Below are positions 16,818 through 25,569 of a stretch of DNA of 37,051 bases, one piece after another. Origin of the DNA: Bacteroidota bacterium (GTDB lineage Bacteria > Bacteroidota > Ignavibacteria > UBA10030 > UBA6906). Each line of letters starts with the position of its first letter. Position 1 is the first letter of the stretch. The DNA is taken from NCBI GenBank assembly GCA_046597825.1, contig JBKJJX010000133.1, positions 1 to 37,051 on the forward strand, read 5' to 3'. Position numbers and translations under genes: made by a program. The notes under the pieces are model-generated. The model was given only the letters and a program-made list of their open reading frames with translations. It did no database searches and was not told the origin of the DNA.

Positions 16818-17315
16818 ATGAAACCCACAGCTGACGTAAAGGAATTACTAACCGGTCTTCGAAGTAAAGATGGCTTCAAGAGAGAACTTGCCCGCGAAGA
16901 ACTTGTTCGCATCGGAAAGCCAGCAGTCACGCCGCTTGTTGAATTGATGAAGTCAAAGAACCAGCAATTGCGCTGGGAAGCATGCAAAGCACTTGGAAGT
17001 CTTGAAGAACCCGGGGCATCGCCCGCATTAGTTGAGGCCTTGCGTGATGGCAGCGCTGAAATTCGCTGGCTCGCCGCCGAAGGATTGATCGCTCTCGGGA
17101 CAAAGGCCATTGTGCCCATTCTGCAAGCCCTTCAAACGCAATTCGACTCCATTCTAATTCGTGAGGGCGCCCACCATATTCTTCATGCGCTCGAGAGAAA
17201 ACGAAAATTGGATCCAAAAACTCAGGCTGTGTTGAATTCAATGCGGAGTTTATCGCCTGAATTGCCTATCGCACTCGCCGCCCACAAAGCGCTGAAATCG
17301 TTACGAGCCGGTTGA
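16818..17315 (+). CDS. HEAT-repeat (PBS-lyase HEAT-like) protein
   Basis: 165 aa with repeats of the type RWEACKALGSLEEPGASPALVEALRDGSAEIRWLAAEGLIALGTKAIVPIL. Its stop TGA (17313-17315) overlaps the TTG start of the next gene. Confidence 0.75.
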   Translation: MKPTADVKELLTGLRSKDGFKRELAREELVRIGKPAVTPLVELMKSKNQQLRWEACKALGSLEEPGASPALVEALRDGSAEIRWLAAEGLIALGTKAIVPILQALQTQFDSILIREGAHHILHALERKRKLDPKTQAVLNSMRSLSPELPIALAAHKALKSLRAG

Positions 17316-18649
17316 CCCCGACATTGATCAACACGATAGGCATACGACGCGAGACAAAAGACAAGACGCAGCGGCGGGTTCCGTTGTCGCCGGGTCATGT
17401 TCGCGAACTCATTCGCCGGCACAAGATTAAAGTCCTTGTAGAGCCCTGGCCCCGCCGGGTCTTCACCGATGAAGAGTACAAGGAAGCGGGTGCCGTCCTT
17501 ACTTCTGATCTCAGCAAAAGCAATATTATTTTCGGAGTGAAAGAAGTTGATCGGGGTTTTCTCCAGGACCATAAGCCCTATTGTTTTTTTTCTCATACAA
17601 TCAAGGGACAGGCGTACAACATGCCCTTGCTCAAACATATTATCGACCATAAGATCACGCTTTTTGATTATGAGTTGGTAAGAGGAGATGATGGGAAGCG
17701 GCTTATTTTCTTTGGTGACTTTGCCGGCTATGCCGGGATGATTGATTCGATGTGGGCGCTGGGGCGAAGGCTCATCTGGGAGGGAATTGATAACCCGTTT
17801 TCCCGAATCAGATATGCGTCGAAGTATGAGTGCCTCCGGGACGCGCAGGATGACTTCAGGGAAGTTGGTGAACGGATATGGAAGTACGGTCTTCCGGAAC
17901 AGATAGTCCCTTTTGTTTGTGCATTCACCGGCACCGGCCGTGTCTCAACGGCTGCGCAGGAATTGTTCGATCTCCTTCCGACTGTGGAAATTGACCCGGC
18001 GATGCTCAACAAACTGATGCGGTCGGGAAGATTCTCGGACAGAGTGTTGTATAAAGTCAGGTTTCAGAAATCCGATATGTTCCAACACAAGAGACCACGA
18101 AGGCAATTTGATGCTGATGATTTTGAGAAGCATCCGGAATCATACTCAAATCGTTTCGAACAATATGTTCCTCATCTCAATATGATTATCAATGGAATCT
18201 ATTGGGAACCAAGATTCCCGCGGCTGCTCTCGAAGAAATTCATGAAGGCGCTTTACAAAGTTGACCCGCACCCCCGGCTGAAAGTAATCGGGGACATTAC
18301 CTGCGATATTAACGGGTCGATGGAATTGACCGTGAAGGAAGCCGACTCTTTGAACCCTGTGTACGTGTATGAACCGCTCTCGGGCAACGTAATAGACGGT
18401 TGGGAAGGGAAAGGGCCGGTTATTCTTGCGGTCGATAAATTACCGGCTGAACTGCCCCGGGAGGCCTCCGAATCATTTGGGAATGCACTCGCGCCATTTG
18501 TACCGGAGCTTGCAGCCGCTAATTTTGCGAAGCCGTTCAGCTCGCTCAACATACCGGACGAATTCAAAAAAGCTATGATCGTCCATCGCGGAGTGTTGCG
18601 TCCGCAATTTTCCCATTTGAAGAAACTGACTGAGTTGGGTTCCGTATGA
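17312..18649 (+). CDS. Lysine-ketoglutarate reductase (saccharopine dehydrogenase, L-lysine-forming type; AlaDH/PNT fold), homologous to the LKR half of eukaryotic AASS
   Basis: 445 aa with blocks I recognise from human AASS. [22 protein letters not shown] matches [39 protein letters not shown] matches [48 protein letters not shown] and [14 protein letters not shown] (compare INGIYWEQNTPRLL) also match. The start is TTG and its exact position is uncertain. Confidence 0.85.
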   Translation: [445 protein letters not shown]

Positions 18650-19992
18650 AACAGATAATCGTACTCGGTGCGGGACAAAGTACGTCGTGGCTCATCTCGT
18701 ATCTTCTTGAGCATGCGCAGACACATGATTGGTTCATAACCGTGTGCGACCGAAACGGCGAACTTGCAAAACAATCCGTCGGCGGACATACACGGGGACA
18801 GGCTATTGCGCTTGATGTGAATGACTCTGCAACCCGCACCGCGCTGATGACAAAGGCAAACGTTGTCGTGAATATGCTGACGCGGCCTTACCAATATCAG
18901 ATCGCTTTGGACTGTATCAATAATGGCGCGCATATGTTGACCGCGTCATACGAAGATCCGAAGGTGAGCGCACTCGATGCCGACGCCCACAAGAAAAACG
19001 TCCTGATTCTGAACGAGATGGGGCTTGACCCGGGCATCGACCACATGATCGCTATGTCGATGATTCAACGGGTCCGGGCGAATGGCGGGAAGGTTGCAAG
19101 TTTCCGCTCCTATGGCGGCGGACTACCCGCGCCCGAGGCAAAAACGAATCCCCTGCGTTATGCCATTACGTGGAATCCGCGAAATGTTCTCATGGCAGGT
19201 GAAGACGGCGCGTTGTATAAAGAGGATGGAAAATTCAAGCTGCTTCCGTTTCATCAGGTCTTTCAACGGACGTGGTCGGTGGATATAGAGGGGATCGGGA
19301 TGCTCGAAGCGTATCCTAATCGTGACTCGCTTGCATATGAAGCTGAACTTGGATTGGGAAACGAAAGTACAATTATCCGCGGAACGCTTCGTTATCCCGG
19401 ATGGAGCGAGACGTGGCAGCAGATTGTTCACCTCGGACTCGCGAATGACGCCTTGCGCATCGCAAACCTGAAGAATATGACCTACCGCGAGTTGACGGAA
19501 ATGTGTCTTCCGCAATCGGAGGGGAGGACCAAACTTGAACAGCAAGTCGCCAACTATCTCGGCATCAATCCTACCGGACGTATCATGGAGAACCTGCGCT
19601 ATCTTGGCTTGTTCTCGAAGGACAAGATCAGCAACGACGCCGATACGGTTGCAGATGCGATGATTCATCTCATTAAAGAAAAGCTCCATATGCCTCCCGG
19701 TTCACGCGACGTAGTTATTCTAATGCACGAAATGGATGTCACGTATCCGGAGGAACAGGGAAGAAAAGAGAAGCTCACAAGCACGATGATTGAATATGGC
19801 GTGCCGAATGGCTTTACGGCAATCGCAAAAACAGTCGGTATGCCGATCGCCATTGCCACGGAACTTCTGCTTACCGATCGTCTTACGATTACCGGTTGCC
19901 AGATTCCGACACACCCCGCAGTATACGAACCGGTTCTTCAAGAGTTAAAATTGCAGGGACTCAATTTCCAGGAAACGGTTCTTGCGCTCTAG
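18646..19992 (+). CDS. Saccharopine dehydrogenase (L-glutamate-forming type), homologous to the SDH half of eukaryotic AASS
   Basis: 448 aa with N-terminal Rossmann motif [23 protein letters not shown] matches [41 protein letters not shown] matches [41 protein letters not shown]...[10 protein letters not shown] and [21 protein letters not shown] also match. It has an ATGA overlap with the LKR gene. Confidence 0.9.
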   Translation: [448 protein letters not shown]

Positions 19993-20103
19993 ACAGGCCT
20001 ATTCACTTTTTAAGAGTTGCTGTTCTAGGTGATGAGTGTATATTGTAAGTAGAGTATTGCTGAACCTGCCTCCTTCATCCATCAAGAGAAGTGGAGTTGC
20101 TGT

Positions 20104-20775
20104 ATGTCCGAACAGATTAACGCGACCGTTGAATCGCTGAGAGTATTCTGGGATCAGTTTGTTCATTTCATCCCTCAAATACTTGTGGCAGCATTGCTTC
20201 TAATCCTCGGATGGCTTGTAGCAAAGATTTTACGCAAGGCAATGATCCGGATCTTACGGCTGCTGCGCGTGGATGTCGCCGCGGAAAAAGCCGGTATCGA
20301 AGACTTCCTGATTCAAGGTGATGTTAAATACACGACCATTACGATTGTAGCGAATCTCATTTACTGGTTCGTAATTTTTGCGGTATCGTTGGCGGTGTTG
20401 AACAGTCTGGGCCTGGCTGCAGCGGCGGATCTCTTCAACAGAATCATCCTGTATATTCCCAATGTAATTGTCGCGGTGCTTGTTCTTATTTTCGGAACCC
20501 TGTTTGCAAAGCTGGTGCGAGGCGTAACGTTCACATACCTGAGCAACATCGGCATTGCCGGCGCCGAGTTTGTAAGTCAGGTTGCCCAATGGGCTCTACT
20601 GCTCTTCGTTGTCTCTGTTGCACTCGAGCAACTTGCGATCGGGGGCCAGATCCTTGTCTCTGCATTTCAAATTGCCTTTGGTGCCCTGTGCCTTGCACTC
20701 GCACTCGCCTTCGGATTGGGCGGAAAGGATTGGGCTGCGCGCATCCTTGAAAAAATCTGGAAAACGGAAAGGTAA
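20104..20775 (+). CDS. Small 4-TM membrane protein with repeated 'conserved TM helix' motif; paralogue of 16107-16763
   Basis: 223 aa with the motif FIPQILVAALLLILGWLVAKILRKAMI / YIPNVIVAVLVLIFGTLFAKLVRGV. GGAG lies 9 nt before the ATG. The next gene starts 3 nt after its stop. Confidence 0.6.
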   Translation: MSEQINATVESLRVFWDQFVHFIPQILVAALLLILGWLVAKILRKAMIRILRLLRVDVAAEKAGIEDFLIQGDVKYTTITIVANLIYWFVIFAVSLAVLNSLGLAAAADLFNRIILYIPNVIVAVLVLIFGTLFAKLVRGVTFTYLSNIGIAGAEFVSQVAQWALLLFVVSVALEQLAIGGQILVSAFQIAFGALCLALALAFGLGGKDWAARILEKIWKTER

Positions 20776-20778
20776 TAA

Positions 20779-21630
20779 ATGATTATCGATTGCCATACGC
20801 ACGTCAATAACTATCACGACGAAGAACTGGAATCCCTCGCGACATGTCTCGACAAACTCCAAAAGGAGATGAAGAGAAACCGCGTCGATACGTCTCTTAT
20901 CCTGACGTCGTACAAGGTTAAAGGTGGCAGGCCTTCGACCCGCGATGTTGTGAAGGCAACACGGGATCTCACCAATGTGTACGTCGTTGCAGGAATCAGC
21001 TATTTGGATTTTTCGTTCACCGTTGATGATCTGTCTGAACTGCGCGAATATATTGTGGATGGCTCCGTCCGTGGCTTCAAGCTGTATCCCGGTTATGAGC
21101 CCTTCTATCCGAACGATGCGAAGTTCGAGCCCATTTTTTCCCTTGCCGCGCAGTTTGATGTTCCCGTTATGATTCACTCGGGCGATACATTCACTCCGAA
21201 AGGAAAAGTAAAATACTCGCATCCTCTGCATGTGGACGAGGTGGCGGTTGATCATCCTGAGGTCAACTTTGTTATTTGTCACCTCGGAAGTCCGTGGTTT
21301 CGTGATTGCATGGAGGTCGTCTACAAAAACCAAAACGTCTATACCGATATTTCCGGCCTCGTGCTGGGAGATTTCTCAGACAGATTTGAAGGCTATATGC
21401 ATAAGCAGCTACAGGAAATGCTTGTATTCGGTGTTGAGCCGGATAAAGTATTGTTCGGTTCGGATTGGCCTATCTCCTCGCTGGAATCGTATTTGGATTT
21501 CATGGAAGAGTTGAAGATCCCGGACAGGGATCGTCAGAAAATTATGTACGAAAACGCGGCACGGCTCTTTAAACTTCCCATCAAAGAATCAGCCTTCGGC
21601 ATCGGGTCACTGTTCAATAAGTTGAAGTGA
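20779..21630 (+). CDS. Metal-dependent TIM-barrel amidohydrolase (Amidohydro_2-like)
   Basis: 283 aa with IIDCHTHV at the N-terminus, VMIHSGD, ICHLGSPWF and VLFGSDWP, the typical metal-ligand pattern of this superfamily. Confidence 0.75.
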   Translation: MIIDCHTHVNNYHDEELESLATCLDKLQKEMKRNRVDTSLILTSYKVKGGRPSTRDVVKATRDLTNVYVVAGISYLDFSFTVDDLSELREYIVDGSVRGFKLYPGYEPFYPNDAKFEPIFSLAAQFDVPVMIHSGDTFTPKGKVKYSHPLHVDEVAVDHPEVNFVICHLGSPWFRDCMEVVYKNQNVYTDISGLVLGDFSDRFEGYMHKQLQEMLVFGVEPDKVLFGSDWPISSLESYLDFMEELKIPDRDRQKIMYENAARLFKLPIKESAFGIGSLFNKLK

Positions 21631-21714
21631 CCGTGTACGGCGTGATGGCCGCCTTCAAAGCTCACCAGTTCGATGCCACCGCATTATTGCTTAAACCCAT
21701 ATAGGGAGAAACGT

Positions 21715-23304
21715 ATGGCAGATATCGATCACGCCACGTTCGAAAAAAATATCACCGTCCGCCCGATCACTATTCAGGACTTTGATCAGCTGTGCACGCT
21801 GCAGGGCAAATGTTTTCCGGGGATGAAGACCTGGACGCTTGCGCAAATTGAGAGTCAACTGCATGTTTTTCCTGAAGGACAGATTTGTATCGAGTCTCAG
21901 GGAAGAGTTGTGGCTTCCTCCAGCAGCCTGATTCTGGATTTTGCAATGTACAGCGAATGGCATAGCTGGCGCGAAATCGCCGATGAGGGGTATATCCGCA
22001 ACCACAATCCGGAAGGGAATACCCTATACGGCATCGAGGTTATGGTCGACCCCGAGTTTCGCGGGATGAAATTAGCACGCAGGTTGTACAAAGCCCGGCA
22101 AGAGCTCGCGCAGCGAAAAAACCTGATGCGGATTGTGCTGGGTGGGCGTATTCCCGGCTATGTGAAATACAAAGACGAGATGACGGCGCGGGAATATGTT
22201 GACCGGGTCATGAATAAGACGCTTGTGGATCCCGTGTTGACGATGCAGTTGTCGAACGGCTTCGTGTTAAAACGCCTCATCAATGCATACATGAGCGCCG
22301 ACAAGGAGTCGTTGGGCTACGCAACGCTGCTGGAATGGACAAACCTGGATTACCAGCCTGATGTTTCGCGGACATTCATTCCTTCGAAGGCTGTGCGCAT
22401 TTGCGCCGTGCAATATCAAATGCGGGAGATTAAAGATTTTGACGAGTTCGCACGGCAATGTCAGTACTTCGTCGACGTTGCATCGGATTACAAATGTGAC
22501 TTCATCCTCTTTCCCGAAAATCTGACAACGCAGCTTCTGACGTTTGTCAAAGCGGATCGCCCCGGTCAGGCAATGCGGAGACTTTCTGAATTCACGCCGC
22601 AATATCTGGAGTTGTTCTCGCGTCTTTCGATCAAATATGATATTAACATTATCGGGGGAACGCATTTCACGCTGGAGAATGACAAGCTGTATAATGCCGC
22701 GTATCTCTTCAAGCGCGATGGCGGCATTGGCAAACAATACAAGCTTCACATCACTCCCGACGAGCGGCGTTGGTGGGGCGTGGAAAGCGGAAACAGTATC
22801 GAAGTCTTTGATACCGACAGGGGAAAAATCTCGATCCAGGTTGGCGTCGATATCGAGTTTCCCGAAGTGAGCCGTGTTGCGGTCGAGCAGGGAGCGCAAA
22901 TCTTTTTCGTTCCGTTCACAACAGATGAGCGCTCCGCATATTTGCGGGTTCGCTACTGTGCACAAGCGCGATGCATCGAGAATCATGTCTACACCGCCAT
23001 CGCAGGCACGGTTGGAAATTTGCCGGCAGTGGATAATATGGATATTCAGTATGCACAGTCCGGCATTTTTACACCGGCGGACATTCCGTTTACCCGCGAC
23101 GCTATTGCTTCGGAGACCACACCAAATATTGAAACAGTGAATATTGATGATGTCGATCTTGAACTTCTGAAAGGACACCATCAGACCGGCAGCGTGGTAA
23201 ATTGGAAGAACCGGCGAAAAGATTTGTATGAAGTAGTCTGCAAGAAGCCATCCACACCACAACAGGCGAAGGTTGAATCTCCTCTCAACGCCGGCAGGAC
23301 GTAA
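21715..23304 (+). CDS. Bifunctional-type GNAT N-acetyltransferase / carbon-nitrogen hydrolase (nitrilase superfamily) fusion; the CN-hydrolase nucleophile position reads Gly
   Basis: The ORF is open from 21673, but GGGAGA 6 nt upstream favours the ATG at 21715 (MADIDHATFEKNITVRPIT...). The N-terminal GNAT has the acetyl-CoA loop VMVDPEFRGMKLARRLY. The C-terminal CN-hydrolase has Glu (ILFPEN), Lys (GKQYKLHITPDE) and the DxxFPE box, but the box reads IQVGVDIEFPE where the family has I-C-Y-D-x-x-F-P-E. Confidence 0.8.
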   Translation: MADIDHATFEKNITVRPITIQDFDQLCTLQGKCFPGMKTWTLAQIESQLHVFPEGQICIESQGRVVASSSSLILDFAMYSEWHSWREIADEGYIRNHNPEGNTLYGIEVMVDPEFRGMKLARRLYKARQELAQRKNLMRIVLGGRIPGYVKYKDEMTAREYVDRVMNKTLVDPVLTMQLSNGFVLKRLINAYMSADKESLGYATLLEWTNLDYQPDVSRTFIPSKAVRICAVQYQMREIKDFDEFARQCQYFVDVASDYKCDFILFPENLTTQLLTFVKADRPGQAMRRLSEFTPQYLELFSRLSIKYDINIIGGTHFTLENDKLYNAAYLFKRDGGIGKQYKLHITPDERRWWGVESGNSIEVFDTDRGKISIQVGVDIEFPEVSRVAVEQGAQIFFVPFTTDERSAYLRVRYCAQARCIENHVYTAIAGTVGNLPAVDNMDIQYAQSGIFTPADIPFTRDAIASETTPNIETVNIDDVDLELLKGHHQTGSVVNWKNRRKDLYEVVCKKPSTPQQAKVESPLNAGRT

Positions 23305-24544
23305 AGTACTTTTTGGCGCGCTCTATCTCAGCGAAGGTGCGCCCATCGGATTCATCTGGTGGGCGCTTCCGACAAAGCTTCGGGTTGCAGGCGTTCCTGT
23401 TGAACAGATAACGGTCCTTACTTCTCTTCTTGTTCTGCCCTGGGTGTTCAAGTTTCTTTGGGCTCCTCTTGTTGATATCCTCAGGTCATCGCGGTGGACA
23501 CTCGTTTCTTGGATTGTCGCCGCACAGGTAACGATGGGGCTGGCGTTGCTGCCGCTATTGGTCATACCTCTCCAACACGATTTTGTCATTGTTATCCCTC
23601 TTCTGCTTGTGCACGCGTTTGCCGCAGCGACACAAGACGCTTCGGTTGATGCCCTTTCAATCGCCACTGTGCCCTCAAGCGAGCGTGGGGCGATTAATGG
23701 ATGGATGCAGGCGGGTATGCTGGGCGGACGTTCACTCTTCGGCGGTGGCGCATTATTGTTGACAGGAAGAATCGGAGACCAAGTTGTCATTGCACTGCTG
23801 ATTGCTATTGTCTGGTCTTCGATGGTTCTCGTGCTGTTTTCAAAATTGGAAGCACCGGTTGCCGCGGGGAACGCATTGACAATGGCAGGAGAGTGTCGGA
23901 GATTCTCGATACGCTTCAAGGAAGTGCTAAACCAGAAGTCCACCTGGTTCGGATTGTTGTTTGCACTGTTCTCTGCGGCAGGGTTTGAAGCCGTGGGCGC
24001 GGTGGCGGGTCCCTACATGATTGAGAAAGGAATTTCGGGTGAGCAGGTTGGACTCTTTTTTGCCATTCCTGTTGTTATTGGAATGTTGGGAGGCGCGCTG
24101 CTTGGTGGATATGTTTCGGATCGGATTGGGAGGAAACGGGCGGTTGCCATGTTTCTCATTCTGTTTGTAATAAATATCGCTGCCATCTCCGCCAACGATA
24201 TTCTTTTTGCGAATGAATTGAAGTGGATGGTCATCGCACTTTTCTCAGGTTTATACTTTTGCATTGGCATGTTCACATCATCGTCGTACGCTCTCTTTAT
24301 GGATATTACCAATCCGCAGCTGGGTGCCACACAATTCAGCGCATACATGGGGGTGACGAACGCGTGCGAGTCGTGGTCGACGTTTGCCGTTGGCAAGCTG
24401 AACGCATCGTACGGTTTTCCTTCTGCGTTTCTTGCCATGGGTGCCGTATCATTATTATCTCTGCCATTACTTAAATTTCTTTCTCCTTTTAGGGAGAGAA
24501 AAATGGTTTCTGCGACTCTTGAGCATCTGGAAACTATCAAATGA
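23273..24544 (+). CDS. AmpG-family MFS permease
   Basis: 423 aa, 12-TM type, with blocks matching E. coli AmpG from memory. LPWVFKFLWAPLVD matches YVFKFLWSPLMD. AAATQDASVDALSIATVPSSERGAINGW matches CSASQDIVFDAWKTDVLPAEERGAG. GATQFSAYMGVTNA matches SATQFALLSALSA. The TTG start overlaps the previous gene by 32 nt, and its exact position is uncertain. Confidence 0.75.
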   Translation: MNLLSTPAGRKVLFGALYLSEGAPIGFIWWALPTKLRVAGVPVEQITVLTSLLVLPWVFKFLWAPLVDILRSSRWTLVSWIVAAQVTMGLALLPLLVIPLQHDFVIVIPLLLVHAFAAATQDASVDALSIATVPSSERGAINGWMQAGMLGGRSLFGGGALLLTGRIGDQVVIALLIAIVWSSMVLVLFSKLEAPVAAGNALTMAGECRRFSIRFKEVLNQKSTWFGLLFALFSAAGFEAVGAVAGPYMIEKGISGEQVGLFFAIPVVIGMLGGALLGGYVSDRIGRKRAVAMFLILFVINIAAISANDILFANELKWMVIALFSGLYFCIGMFTSSSYALFMDITNPQLGATQFSAYMGVTNACESWSTFAVGKLNASYGFPSAFLAMGAVSLLSLPLLKFLSPFRERKMVSATLEHLETIK

Positions 24545-25569
24545 TGACCATACAACTCTCATTTCTTGAGCGCCTCCTTCATCGATTTCATCTTCTTCCA
24601 ACTCCAATCATGGATTCGTTTGGGGGAATTATCTTCGGCCGCGTGTTGACGATTGCTGTACGCCGCGGATTGTTCGAAGCCCTTGCTACCGGAGGGAGAA
24701 CCGTTATGCAACTTGCCGACGCGACAGGCTTGAACGAGAATGCGATCAGGCTCATGGCGGACTCTTTTGTTGCGGGCGGTTACCTAACGCGTAGTGAGGA
24801 TGTGTATATCCTGAGCGGAGAGGGAAAGAAGTGGCTCATCAAAAGTTCTCCCGCCTACATTGGAAATCTGGTTGCGTACTTTGAAACCCTGTACGCCCGC
24901 TGGGAACAATTTGAATACTCCCTGGAACATGGTCGACCCGAACGGCCTTACTTCGATGGCTTTACTGAGAACGATTGGAAAGTATATGTACATGGGATGG
25001 CAGATCTGGCGCGGTTGCTTCTGAGCGAAGTCGGGCCCAAACTAACTCTTCATGATCCAAAGTCATTGTTGGATATTGGCGGTTCGCATGGTTTGTATGC
25101 TATGGAATGTTGCCGACGATATCCGGGTGTTCAGGCAACGATAATGGATTTCGTCCCGGCGCTGCAGTACGCCCGTGAAATCGAAACTGCAAAAAAAATG
25201 TCTGGGCAGATAAATTGTTTGGAGGGGGACTTCACAACCAATCGGTTGCCTCCAAACCAGGATTGCGTGCTACTCTTCAATGTTGTTCACGGGTTTGACG
25301 AAAAGGAAAATCAGAAACTCATCGAACGCACACACGAAGCTCTCAATCCGGGTGGGAAGCTGTTTATTCTCGATCAGATGAAAGGCTCAAGGAGAACTTC
25401 GAGCCTGGCTGCATTCATCCCTCTCATGGTGGGGCTTAATTTGTTGAATGAGATTGGAGGGAACGTATATGATGTGGAGGAAGTCAAGCAGTGGTGCGGC
25501 TGCTTCTCATCTGTGCAGGTACACAAATTGCGTTTGCCGGGAGTAATACTTGTTGAAGCAGTGAAATAG
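24541..25569 (+). CDS. SAM-dependent O-methyltransferase (Methyltransf_2 type with N-terminal winged-helix dimerisation domain)
   Basis: 342 aa with SAM motif I LLDIGGSHGLYAMECCRRYPGVQATIMDF and a later LFNVVHGFDEKE block. It has an ATGA overlap with the MFS gene. Confidence 0.75.
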   Translation: MMTIQLSFLERLLHRFHLLPTPIMDSFGGIIFGRVLTIAVRRGLFEALATGGRTVMQLADATGLNENAIRLMADSFVAGGYLTRSEDVYILSGEGKKWLIKSSPAYIGNLVAYFETLYARWEQFEYSLEHGRPERPYFDGFTENDWKVYVHGMADLARLLLSEVGPKLTLHDPKSLLDIGGSHGLYAMECCRRYPGVQATIMDFVPALQYAREIETAKKMSGQINCLEGDFTTNRLPPNQDCVLLFNVVHGFDEKENQKLIERTHEALNPGGKLFILDQMKGSRRTSSLAAFIPLMVGLNLLNEIGGNVYDVEEVKQWCGCFSSVQVHKLRLPGVILVEAVK

